Shown here one piece after another: positions 1 through 11,034 of a stretch of DNA of 56,808 bases; within the stretch, counting starts at the first letter, position 1, and every line of letters begins with the position of its first letter. The position numbers and the translations under genes were made by a program. Under the pieces are notes generated by a model. That model did no database searches and was not told the DNA's origin. It saw only the letters and a program-made list of their open reading frames with translations. This DNA comes from Octopus bimaculoides (lineage: Eukaryota). The stretch spans positions 102,690,351 through 102,747,158 of the forward strand of contig NC_068987.1 in the NCBI RefSeq assembly GCF_001194135.2, in the 5' to 3' direction.

Positions 1-62
1 TTTCTATCTATCTATTTATCTATCTGTCTCTATCTCTCTCTGCCTCTCTCTTTCCCTCTCTC
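1..62. repeat. (TATC)n/(TC)n compound microsatellite
   Basis: Direct reading of tandem TATC then TC units. Confidence 0.9.
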
Positions 63-80
63 TACTAAATTAATGATGAT

Positions 81-2485
81 AAAAAGCGTGAAAGATTAGT
101 CTATGATGATGAAAGTCGACTTCTCTGGGAGTAAGATATGGAGTAATCAAGAACAACATAATACTATAGCTGAATCGCTCTGCAGCCTGAAGCAAACAGC
201 TTCTTATCCCCGGCAAGAGGCTATCCACTTCACAGAAGACAGAATTAGAAATAAGAGTAAAAGGAAAATCAATTGGAAAGCAGCACGACCGGATGGTGTA
301 GAGGGATTTCGGATAAAAATGTTTAATAGTTGCCATAACTTAATCGCAGAGCAATTTAATGCATTGATTAATGGAGAAGGAGAAATCCCGGGCTGGTTGA
401 CAAAAGTACGAACGGCGGTGTTGTGCCTGAAGGATGCATCAAAGGGAAATGTTGCTAGCAATTACAGACCAATTTCCTGTCACCCGTTAATGTGGAAGTT
501 ACTATTAGGAGGAATTGCGGAAGAACTGTATAAATTTCTTGATGAGAACGATATATTACCGACGGAAGAAAAAGGCTGTAGAAGGAGATGCAGACGTACC
601 AAAGATCAACTATTGATAGACAAAATGGTACTGCAAGATTGTAAACGGAGAAGAAATTTGGGAATAGCCTGAATTGACTATCACAAAGCTTATGATATGA
701 TTTCACATTCCTGCATCTGTTTGGAATTGCGAGGAATGTAACGTGTTACCTGAACAGAAGTATGCTGGGGTTGAAAACTGAACTGAGATCTTACGGGAAA
801 AGCTTAAGCACTCTGGGTAGCCGAAGATGGATTTTCCAGGGTGATACCTTATCTCCGTTGCTTTTTTGTTTTCTGCATGATACTCCTAACTTTGTTACTT
901 AGGAAAATAAACCTGGGGTATCAGCTAAAGGGAAAATCCCTAAACAATCGACCACCTAGTTTTCAAGGATGATTTGAAGCTGTATGAACAAGGATGAGAC
1001 ACAAGCGAGTTCCTTGGAGAACACGATCTACTGATCTAGTACTGATATTAGAATGGAATTTGGACTCAAGAAGTGCGGGATAATCTACTTAGAAAGAGGC
1101 AATGTACGGTCTCTAGCAGGGATAGAATTAGAAGAATAGAGAATTGATTAAACAAATTGAAACGTAAGGTTATAAATATCTTGGTGTGCTAGAGTTCAAC
1201 GAGATGACGGAGAAGGAATTGAAAGAGTAACTGATGATGGAGTATTTCCGAAGACTAACGATGTTGTTGGGCTCAAAATTGACTGGATGGAATAAAGTCC
1301 AAGCAGTTAATACGTCGACGGTAGCATCACTTTGTTATGGAGCGGGAATTATAAAATGGAAATGTGATGAAAATGGACACCAAGACCAGAAGAATGTTGA
1401 CAGTACACGGGGGCTTCCACCCTAAGAGAGATACCGTAAGGCTGTACTTGTCCAGAAGTAAGGGTGAAAGAAGTTTGATCATTTGCCAGGACTGTGCCGA
1501 AGCAGAGGAAAACAGCTTAGGGTTGTATATAGAAAATGCCGTGAATCCATTGTTAAAACATAAGAAGAATGCCGGTGTCATCAAAAGTGACAATTGTGCA
1601 ATGAAAGAAAAATTTAGACAAAAAATGAGCAGAAGAAAATAAAATGCATGGAAGGTAAAAAAAAGTACGGTCAGTTCACAAGAGATGTGAACGTGAAGAC
1701 AGAGGAGTGGTGGCTATGGAAGACGAGGAATGACCCGAAGCACTCACATGCGCAGCGCAAGTACAAGCGTTAAGGACTAACTATGTGAAGTGCAGAAGAG
1801 GCAACACAACCGATATAGACAAATCAGAATGTTTAGCTAGAGGGATGAATAGGTATGGCACATCGTTAGCAAGTGCCCGAGCTTGGCATAACGCGAATAT
1901 AAAAGACACCATGACAATGTGTCAAAAATAATCCTTTGGAAGCTCTATGGAAATCACGGCCTACAAAGGGGGAAAATGTGGTATGATTAAACCCTAGAAG
2001 GACTCACCAAGAATAAGAATTGCAGAATCCTGTAGGAGTCAATGATCCGGTGCGATCATCTGGCCAATCATCGGAAACCGGAGATTGTTGTAGTGAATTT
2101 AAAAGAACGAACGTGCATGATAATCGACATAGCATGCCCCGATGATAATAGGAAAAAAATGTGAAAGAAGAAGAAACCCTAGACAATAATGATGATTTGA
2201 AGCAGGGAATACGATGGTTATCGTCAATGAGGAGAGTAGAAGTCATGCCAATAGTAATTGGGTCACTTCGAAGTATCAGCACTCAGCTACCAACATTGCT
2301 AAAAATGATTGGTGCGAGTGTAAAGGTAGAACAACTACAAAAATCAGCATTGCTTGGAACTGCAAGAATCTTTCGCAGGGTTCTTGAAGTATGACCAATA
2401 AACTAGTGTCACCTTAGTCTGCTGGCTGTAGACAGCTGACACTTTCCATCTTACCCAGCAAAATAAGCGGTGAGTTTTTAACACA
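81..2485 (+). mobile_element. 5'-truncated non-LTR retrotransposon, R4/Dong-like clade (RT + CCHC + RLE endonuclease), with ~90-nt 3' UTR
   Basis: Ordered motifs across frames: WKAARPDG (274-297), NYRPIS (~460), A*IDYHKAYD (667-696), IFQGDTLSPLLF (~830-870), HLVFKDDLKLY (953-985), YKYLG (1171), HIVSKC (1859-1876), RHHDNV (~1904), PEIVV...IIDIACP (2078-2140), LQKSALLGTARIFRRVLEV* (ends 2394). TAATGAT flanks both ends (71-77, 2486-2492). Confidence 0.85.
103..2394 (+). pseudogene. Disrupted RT-RLE polyprotein ORF of the LINE
   Basis: ORF fragments 103-672, 1234-1425, 1364-1642 and 2161-2394 are collinear pieces of one protein. Multiple stops (e.g. TGA at 670-672 in place of Trp) and frameshifts; catalytic F/YMDD reads FKDD. 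Confidence 0.85.
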
Positions 2486-2732
2486 TAATGATATCAGTTG
2501 AAAAACTCGGAAAGCATGGTACCGTATGCTACAGGTAGCAAGTGCATTGCGCATGCAAGACTCCAGGATTTCCAACAAAACCTGAGTTAGAAAGAATAAT
2601 GATGATAATAATAACAGTTTTGTATTCATTAAATACAAGACTATGTTCAAGTCATATCCTTTTCATTTTATAATGCTTGTATTTAGTTATTAGATTTTTA
2701 GTTGGTTTAGAACAGTAGGGCTCCTAAATCAA

Positions 2733-2775
2733 TATCCGACGTTTCTAGACCTTCACAGTCTCATTATCAAGAATT
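2733..2775 (-). ncRNA. Degenerate minimal hammerhead-like motif (UUGAUAA core)
   Basis: Minus strand: AATTC-TTGATAA-TGAGAC-TGTGAAG-GTCTA-GAAA-CG-TC|GGAT. Helix II AGAC/GTCT, palindromic ACGT helix III, weak 4-bp helix I. Confidence 0.3.
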
Positions 2776-3290
2776 GCATTGAATATATCTGGTATTTTTG
2801 TTGTTGTATATTTGACTGATATTATATTGGCTTTCCCTCAAGTGTTTTTTAACTGTTACATCATGCAAATTTCCATTAACACTTCAAAAACTCATTATCT
2901 ATTGGTGTTTCCACAGCTGTCAAGAACCTTCACAATTATATCATTATTAACAGTGCACAATAACTGTCCTCAAAAGGAAAGCCATCTCATCCAGGATATT
3001 TTTAAAATATAATTTTCAGATCATCTTCGCAAGTTTTCATAGAGTAAACTAAAAGAGTTTAAATTGAAACTCTTATCAACAAATACATATAATCGATCAA
3101 AACAATTAATTCAGATAGTTGCAGTTTGCACTGGCAATACACCTGTATTCGGTGAACACACCTAAACTAAGAATATAACTGAAAGTATAGGGGGGAAAAT
3201 GTATGCAGCTTACACTGCAGAACACCTAGCATCGTCTCGTGGCACACCAGAGTGCTGTGACATACCGGTTTCGAAGCAGTAATGTAGGTA

Positions 3291-3492
3291 ATAATCCTTT
3301 CTATTATAGGCACTAGACCAAAAATTATGTGGGAGGGGCTTAGTCAACTATATCGACCCCAGTGCTTGACTGGTACTTATGTTTTCGACCCCGAAAGGAT
3401 GAAAGGCAAAGTGGAATTAGAACTCAGAGGGTAAAGACGGTCGAAATACTCCTAAGCATTTTGTCCGGCATGCTAACAGTTCTGCCAGCTCA
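3291..3492 (-). mobile_element. SINE type C (tRNA-like head, GCCTTTCATCCTTTCGGGGTCGATAA central block)
   Basis: Reverse complement matches the plus-strand copies at 7909-8562. Confidence 0.8.
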
Positions 3493-4574
3493 GTAAAATA
3501 AAACAGTTAACAATGCACAGGCATACAATTAATTGATGGATATTTGTGGGAATTTTTCTCGTGCATATGCACCAAATCAGCAAGTTCAGTATTTGTTCCC
3601 TCTAGGTGAAGATGTAACACATACATATGAAACCATCATAGAAAAGCAATATATCACTCAAGAAGAATACAATCTCCTAAAAGGTTTTCTACCTAGAAAA
3701 ATAACTTCGTAAAAATGACAGCCTGATCAGGAAGATGAGACAGTATGCGTTGCCGAACTAAAAACAAAAAGAAAGGATATTTATTCAAATACATTAGAAA
3801 TAAGATCTCATAACATAATCCGCTCTTGAAAAATGTCGAAAAGAACTTATTGAATTCGGCAGTATTAAGGTTACAGATCTTGCTAATGACTTTCCAAAGT
3901 ATCATTTCCTATAGAATCTTCTAAATCAAGAGCTCGAACAATCGTTGCATTTATAGTATTACTAAACATACACATATAACTCAGGAAAATATTTATTTAA
4001 TTAATTATTCCCTGAGCTATATCGTAAGAGCCAATTGTAATATCGATATGATCGAGTCTAGATTTCCTTTTTCACCATTCTCCTCGAAAGACGATTAGCG
4101 AATTTCTAGTCAACAAAAATAAGTCATTTTCAATTAAACTTGGAAGCATTTCTTACGAAATTATGTGCCATATTCGAAAGTTAAGTTTATTCAAATAAAT
4201 AATAGGTAGTAATATCAAACCGTACGTAGTGCAGGTGGGCAGATTCTTATCATTTTGTAACCCAGCAAACCACTGTATCATCTTTCCCGAAGGAAATAGA
4301 TTTGAATAATTCTCCATTTTAATCTAATTTATTATCCCAGATTCTCTTCATTATGCGACCTATATCAGACTTGGAGGGCCCGATGGATTTTCCATAAAAT
4401 CCCGTTTATGGCCATTAAGATTAAAATACTGAGAACTAGATTTAAAGGGTTCGGTACTATCAGCTACAATGAGTTTAGTAACTAATCTGTAAACATGTTT
4501 ATTTCTAACTCTCTTTGTCTTGTCTTTCTCACTCTCTCTCATATATATGTGTGTGCGCGCGCGTGTGTGTGTGA

Positions 4575-4895
4575 AGGCGCGTGGCTTAGGGGTTAGGGCT
4601 CACGATTGATTGTAAGGTCATGATTTCAATTCCCGGCGACGCATTGCGTCCTTGAGCAAGACACTTTATTTAACGTTGCTCCAGTTCACTCAGCTAGCAA
4701 TAATGAGTAGTACCTTAATGTCAAAATGGCCAGATTTGTCACACTCTGTGTCAGGCTGAATTCCTCAGTAAACTTTGCTAAGGGTGTGCGTGTGTGTGGA
4801 GTGCTCAGCCACTTGAACGTTAATTTCACGAGCAAGCTGTTCCGTTGATCGGATCAACTGGAACTCTCGTCGTCGTGTCCGACGAAGTACCACTT
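4575..4895 (+). mobile_element. Chimeric SINE: type D head/centre joined to type A 3' tail
   Basis: Head TGGCTTAGGGGTTAG...TTCAATTCC; centre CTTGAGCAAGACACTTTATTTAACGTTGCTCCAG shared with 10553-10883; tail GAGTGCTCAGCCACTTG...GATCGGATCAACTGGAAC shared with 34944-35330 and 54637-55027. Confidence 0.75.
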
Positions 4896-4898
4896 ATA

Positions 4899-4960
<62 letters not shown>

Positions 4961-5499
4961 TAAATATATATACATAATAAATTAATAGAGTCTTGAGATA
5001 GAAGAAATATAGATTTACATAGACACATTCATACATGTATGAACAAATAGAGAAAGGGTCACATATTTGCTGTGTTAGTCTATTATTTGTATCGGCTGGC
5101 TTTGTTTCTTTTTTATAAACTTTTAATGTTAGAATTTTGATATGATGGTGGAAATTCATGAGAACTGTTAAAAAGGTCATAAATAACGAAATAGTTGGAA
5201 TATTTATGAAATCATTCGTCTTTTATTCATTCCATTGTATACATGTGTTTCTGCGTGCGTGAGTGTGTTTGGGTGCGTGTGCGTGTGTGTGTATGTATGT
5301 GTGTGTGTGCTAATGCATGTGTGTTTGAGTATGTATCTACGTATGCTTATTTACGTACAATCCGATGTTAATCATTCACACACTTCACAGAATAACAAAC
5401 ACATACACACATAAACACACATACACATACAAACACACGCACACAAACACACACACACACACACACACATGTATGTTTGTATATATGTACCCATATATA

Positions 5500-5657
5500 G
5501 CTGCCATCATGGCTGCCTTGTAAGAAGTTTGTTTCCCAACCAGATGGTCCGGGTTCAGTCCCACTGCATGGCACCTTGGGCAAACATTTGCTACTATAGC
5601 TTCGGGCTCAAATTCTTGTAAGTTGATTTGGTAGATGGCTATTAAAAGAATTCCATC

Positions 5658-5697
<40 letters not shown>

Positions 5698-5729
5698 NNN
5701 NNNNNNNNNNNNNNNNNNNNNNNNNNNTG

Positions 5730-5764
<35 letters not shown>

Positions 5765-6030
5765 GTATGTTTGTACGTGTGTTTGTGTGTGTGTGTGTAC
5801 ATGTGTGATAATGTGAGAGTGTGTGTGTGTCTGCGTATGGATGTGCGCTTCTGTCTGTGTTAACCGGTGTTGGTGTGTTTATCTCACCCGTAACATAGTG
5901 GTGGGGCAAAATGGCCCGATAGAAGAAGTATAACTACTGGCGTCGATTCGCTTGACGAAAATTCTTCAAAGCAATACTACAGCATGGTCGCGGAATAATA
6001 TCTGAAACAATTACAAGCTAAAAGATACAG
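5500..6030 (+). mobile_element. SINE type B with internal (TA)n/(TG)n microsatellite
   Basis: Head GGTCCGGGTTCAGTCCCACTGCATGGCACCTTGGGCAA, internal SSR plus gap, 3' block ...CAGCATGGTCGCGG...CTGAAACAA. Same layout at 35678, 39288 and 44330. Confidence 0.75.
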
Positions 6031-6039
6031 ACAGACAGA

Positions 6040-6085
<46 letters not shown>

Positions 6086-6689
6086 CTTCAACCATGCATA
6101 CTTCATACTTTTAAAGTCAGACATACGTGTCACACATTACCCAACTGTTTGCACACACAAATACTCACACAGGCTTACACATTCAGATACACATACACAC
6201 GCATACACCAACCCCCCCACACAAAAAAAAGGGACAGAAACAAAAGCCTGCAGTCACGTAAAGTTATTTGATGGATGCAATTATTTCTTTCATTTAATTC
6301 TTGACTGCGGTTATGCTGGAGCACTGCAGTAAATTCTATTGAAATATTCCTAATCACATCATACAAGAAAAATAAGAGTGTGGACGGTTGACGACGAAAG
6401 GACAATATGGTGACGATAGATGAAATAGCATTAAAATATCTTCAGCCTTGTCCTGTAACCAAATAAACATGAGGTGTTTCATTAACACCTCATACGACAC
6501 AACGTTTGACGAAAAAACGCCAGTATTTTTGTTATTTGATACCGAAAGCTAAGAAACATACCATCAAGCCTCCACATCAACAAAGAAATATGTAAAATTC
6601 TCACATATAATCACCGAACGCATATAAAGGAAAAAAAAAAAAAGAATGAGGGGGATGAAGACGAGAACATGAAGAAAACGAACATCAGC

Positions 6690-7080
6690 AACAACAGACT
6701 CCAGCTGTCTCGTGTTATAATTGTATCCCCGCACCTTGACCTCTCTTGTCATCACTTTGAGTGGGGCATTCATCTAACCAATATCTATCTGTCCGTCTGA
6801 TTAGGTCGTCGAACAAGAAGGGTCAGCTGTGTAACCAGCCACCAGCCACTCATCCAGAAAATGAACGGTTAACCAGCCGGCCAGCCTGTTAGCCGCCTGT
6901 CTGCCTGCCAATCAGCTGTCTTTATTGTCGCACCTTGTCCGTTTCTAACACCAAACACCGCACCCTCCGCCTCATTACGATCAACTCCACTACCACTCAA
7001 CCACAACCATAACAACACCACCGCTGCCACCCCATCACCATCTTTCCACTACCACATGTCCGTAGAGAAAGTGATACTCA
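6690..7080. promoter_or_regulatory. Candidate promoter/enhancer (GC-richer unique DNA with CAGCTG E-boxes and CCAAT boxes)
   Basis: CAGCTG at 6702, 6824 and 6913; CCAAT at 6778 and 6908; local rise in GC and CpG; no recognised repeat. Motif presence only. Confidence 0.25.
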
Positions 7081-7345
7081 ACAGTACACTCTCACACCTA
7101 ACATCACCAAAGGCTGGCTTCACGTATACTTACACATACACATGAATTCATACATGCACACACTCACACAGACATACACGCTCACGTACACACTCATAGC
7201 TACCCGCTGTCTCAGTCATCATCGTAATCGCGTTCATTTTCAAATATATTATCGCCTCATTCATTCTTCCTGTCTGAATTCTACTATTTTATTCCCTCTT
7301 AGATTTGCTATACTTTTCCTTTCGTCTTGAAATCTTGTTTTGCAG

Positions 7346-7509
7346 GAATAAAAGCCACCAAGTCCCATGAAAATGTCAATACTTCAACAAGTTCAAAATT
7401 TCGGAAGCATTTCTTTCTTTTCATATCTTTTTTTCTTGTTTGTTTACTTCACATTCAAAAGAATGATGGACAACTCTAAATATATCCTTATTTTCTTTTA
7501 TAACTTCAT
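7346..7509 (+). other. Candidate spliced exon (possible first coding exon, ATG at 7367)
   Basis: Acceptor CTTGTTTTGCAG (ends 7345); donor AT|GTGAGT (GT at 7510); open frame MKMSILQQVQNFGSISFFSYLFFLFVYFTFKRMMDNSKYILIFFYNF. No homology recognised. Confidence 0.2.
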
Positions 7510-7908
7510 GTGAGTTCCAATGTAGTAGTACTCCTATGAAGAAAGACGTTACAGCGGAACGAACACCGTTCTTTGCTTTCTATCGTTTGTTTGTTTTCTT
7601 TTTTTTTTGTGTTTGCGGGGAAGGGTTCATAAATTGATAACATTATCCAGTTTCTCTTTCTGTAAAAATATATTTCACAGTATACTTTAAGTCGAGGGAG
7701 ATTCAGCTGTTGTTTCCAGCAGGTCGAGTGACAAAGGAAATGTGCCAAGCTTTGTCTCAGTTGCGAGTTCAATTTCTGTTTCAAATGATAAAGCTAGAAT
7801 GCATGAGCCTTCGTCATATTGGTTTTGTTTGATACTCTTAGGTATCATAGCTCTAACTGGTGATGACACTCTCCGCCCTATTTCTGTCTCAATATCATGC
7901 CACAATAC

Positions 7909-8126
7909 GGGGACGAGCTGGCAGAAACGTTAGCACGCCCGACGAAATGCTTAGCGGTATTTCGCTTGTTTTACGTTCTGAGTTCAAATTGCACCGGGGT
8001 CGACTTTGCCTTTCATCCTTTAGGGGTCGATAAATTAAGTACCAGTTGCGTAGTGGGGTCGAGCTAATTGACTGGCCCCCTCCTCCAAAATTTCGGGCCT
8101 TGTGCCTAAAGTATTAAAGAATATTT
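7909..8126 (+). mobile_element. SINE type C, copy 1 of a head-to-tail triplet
   Basis: GAGCTGGCAGAAACGTTAGCA head, GAGTTCAAATT B-box-like, central block, tail AAATTTCGGGCCTTGTGCC. Confidence 0.85.
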
Positions 8127-8127
8127 T

Positions 8128-8359
8128 AAGGCGTCGAGCTGGCAGAAACGTTAGCACGCCGGGTGAAATGCGTAGCATTATTTCGTCTGCCGTTACATTC
8201 TGAATTCAAATTTCGCCGAGGTCGACTTTGCCTGTCATCCTTTCGGGGTCGATGAAATAAGTACCAATTACGCACTGAGGTCGATGTAATCGACTTAATC
8301 CCTTTGTCTGTCCTTGTTTGTCCCCTCTATGTTTAGCTCCTTGTGGGCAATAAAGAAAT
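8128..8359 (+). mobile_element. SINE type C, copy 2 (alternative 3' tail)
   Basis: Same head and centre; tail CTTAATCCCTTTGTCTGTCCTTGTTTGTCCCCTCTATG...AATAAAGAAAT differs from copies 1 and 3. Confidence 0.85.
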
Positions 8360-8562
8360 GAGAAACGTTAGCACGCAGGGTTAAATGCTTAGCGGTATTT
8401 CGTCTGTCTTTACGTTCTGAGTTCAAATTCCGCCGAGGTCGACTTTCCCTTTCATCTTTTCAGGGTCGATAAATTAAGTACTAGTTGTGTACTGGAGTCG
8501 ATTTAATCGACTGGCTTCTCCCCAAAAATTTCGGGCCTTTTACCTAGAGTAGAAAAAAAAAA
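8360..8562 (+). mobile_element. SINE type C, copy 3 (slightly 5'-truncated)
   Basis: AGAAACGTTAGCACG...GAGTTCAAATTCCGCCGAGGTCGAC...AAATTTCGGGCC...AGTAG followed by an A run. Confidence 0.85.
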
Positions 8563-9404
8563 TGTATATCATACCAAAATATCACAGAATTAGTATAAGA
8601 TTCCCTTCACACCTGTTTTCCCTGCGATGGAGATCACCAACCGCTTCAAGTTTATCGGTCTCTACTAACCTGCGAATACCATTGGACCTATCTCTTCCAT
8701 TTGACTTAACCATTAAATGTATCTTCGTATTATACTCTCAGCACTGCACCGATGAACTCTCCATTTATGTCACGACTTTAATAAGAATGTTGCTATATTA
8801 TACTATTAAAATTACGAGGCAAGAGAAACATCTTATGTTTCATTTGTGCCAACGAGAAAGTGCTAAGCTATAAATATCAGCTAAAGCTTCCTCAAAATGA
8901 CATGAAAAATATGACAAGAAATGCTGATTCTGACAATGAACATTTATCACAGAAACTAATACAGCAGAAACTGAAAACCAACCATGATAAAAACATCAAA
9001 AATGGTGGCTCTGAAAGCTAAAATGAATGAACGAGCACCTATGTCAGAATATAAAGTTTGGTTCTCGAGAATGATGGGTCCATGAATTGCACTTACATAG
9101 TCAACTAACGACACACGATGTATAAGTTTGTTCACACTAACCGGCCTCTACACTACAGTTATAAGAAAAACAACAAGTATTAACACAATAATGCAAAGCT
9201 GCTGCTTTTATATCAACACCATCACATTAGCTATCGATGGCATATCAGTATGTTAACTCAGTACTATAAACATTTGAATAAGTTACTACCACTTTCAACA
9301 TCATTTTATACTATAATATCAAAATTATATTATACTATGAACACGATGATTGTTCGATGGATATCCAAGTCAGGTGATGGCGTACAAGCTATATATTGAG
9401 TCCT

Positions 9405-9760
9405 CTGTGGAATATGTAGGAAACTCCACTCTGTCCCATGACTTACTTTCTCCACAATAAATCATAATTAACTGCAAATAGCCTTAGACAAAGCTCTGTA
9501 CATCCTCATAGATTACATACAAATTGCATAGAAATTAAAATCATAGAAATTAAAATCGAAAGATCACCTCAGCATGTGAACCAATTCCACCTTCTAAAAC
9601 ATTAATCTCCTAACACCAAAATATATCTCTACAAAACCGCATAACATTACTACAAATGATACCTTCTAAACCCAGCCAGCCGGCACAAACATTCAAGTAA
9701 CCCACATATACACAGAAATAGCTAGTGTTACAATATTGCTGCTTGTAATAAAGACTAAGC
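9405..9760 (+). mobile_element. Highly decayed LINE RT fragment (CR1/L2/Jockey-like)
   Basis: Read by eye: EYVGNSTL (YADDSTL-like), LQIALDKAL, NQFHLL. Heavily deleted. Confidence 0.25.
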
Positions 9761-10139
9761 GCAGACGCAACCACCAACAATAAGTGCAAAAGAACTGCAG
9801 AAACTATGTTGCGGAAGGAAACACGTTCACGGAAGGAAACACTAACAGAGCCTGCATACTTATAGGAATAGATTGGTCCGTTGAGAGGTTACGTATTCAT
9901 ACTGCAACACAAAACCGCATACGATCAATCACTGTATGTCCACAGTGTGCAGTAATAATCCTTAAAAATGCAATGACTTAGTATTTTGAAATAAAGTCCA
10001 ATTGCTGCGGCTCACCATTCTCCTGATGGTTGCCTATTTCTTTATATATTAGGAGAGAATTGTAAATGGTCAAGTCGAACAAGAAGACAAGTTTTTGAAT
10101 TTCATAGAGTCAATATAAATGAAGAATGATTCATCTAGG

Positions 10140-10285
10140 GTGTGGCGATTTCTTTTCATTCTTTGGACTTTTCCTTTTTCTCCTTTCCAACGAAGAGCTA
10201 TGCTCGAAATGTCAAATTCTTTCCTTTCACCGAGCGTCAAGCTAATACATTTCTTGTCGATGTCCTCATGTTGTTCATATTGATT
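10140..10285 (+). mobile_element. Short non-coding repeat with a decayed HHR-like fold, relative of 27258-27440
   Basis: CTTT-CCAACGA-A-GAGC-TAT-GCTC-GAAA-TG-TC|AAA at 10183-10216, followed by CCGAGCGTCA..CTAATAC as in the 27.3 kb copy. Confidence 0.4.
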
Positions 10286-10355
10286 CATTTATTTGAATTA
10301 GCTACACACACATACACGCACGCACACATACATACACACACACGCATACACATAA

Positions 10356-10487
10356 GGGGTAAAGACCACCTTCGGTCATAAATGATCATGGGATTGCAGG
10401 TAGAAAGTTCCTCTTCTAGGCGCAAGTCCGGGCAAAGTTGTTTATGGCTAGAGTCCGTCGCTCTAACCACTGAGCCGTACAACTTCA
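10356..10487 (-). mobile_element. SINE type D, internally deleted (head joined to tail)
   Basis: Reverse complement of the tail (GATCATGGGATTGCA...AAGTCCGGG) directly abuts the reverse complement of the head (CTCTAACCACTGAGCC). Confidence 0.65.
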
Positions 10488-10552
10488 CATATTTATATAT
10501 AGAGAGAGTTGCTCCTGTTCGCTCAGCTGTAGAGATGAGTTTCCACGTCACT

Positions 10553-10879
10553 GAAGGTGTATGGCTTAGTGGTTAGAGCGTCGGGCTCACAATAATAAGG
10601 TAGTGAGTTCGATTGCCGGACCGTGATGTGTATTGAGTTCTTGAGCAAGACACTTTTATTTCACGTTGCTCCAGTTCGCTCACCTGTAGAAATTGAGTTG
10701 CGACGTCAGTGGTGCCAAGCTTTATCGGCCTTTGCTTTTCCCTTGGATAACATCGGTGGCGTGTAGAGAGGAAGCTAATATACATGGGCGGCTGGTGGTC
10801 TTCCATAACAACCTCACCTGGACTTATGCCTCGCAGAGTGACCTACTAGATGCAATCCCATGATCATTCATGATCGAAG

Positions 10880-10883
<4 letters not shown>
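10553..10883 (+). mobile_element. SINE type D, full length
   Basis: A box TGGCTTAGTGGTTAG, B box GAGTTCGATTGCC, centre CTTGAGCAAGACAC, tail TGCAATCCCATGATCATTCATGATCGAAGGG, then (TC)n. Confidence 0.8.
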
Positions 10884-10920
<37 letters not shown>

Positions 10921-10950
10921 CTCTCTCTGTATACATACATGCATACATAT

Positions 10951-10981
<31 letters not shown>

Positions 10982-10984
10982 CAT

Positions 10985-11034
<50 letters not shown>

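Noticed and set aside
2780-3160. GIY-YIG/Penelope ORF upstream of the 2733-2775 motif
   Set aside because: No convincing GIY/YIG motif or open frame on the minus strand.
7742-7933. Signal-peptide-like MHEPSSYWFCLILLGIIALTG ORF
   Set aside because: Splicing from 7509 to the 7680 acceptor hits a stop immediately, and the frame ends inside a SINE; insufficient support.
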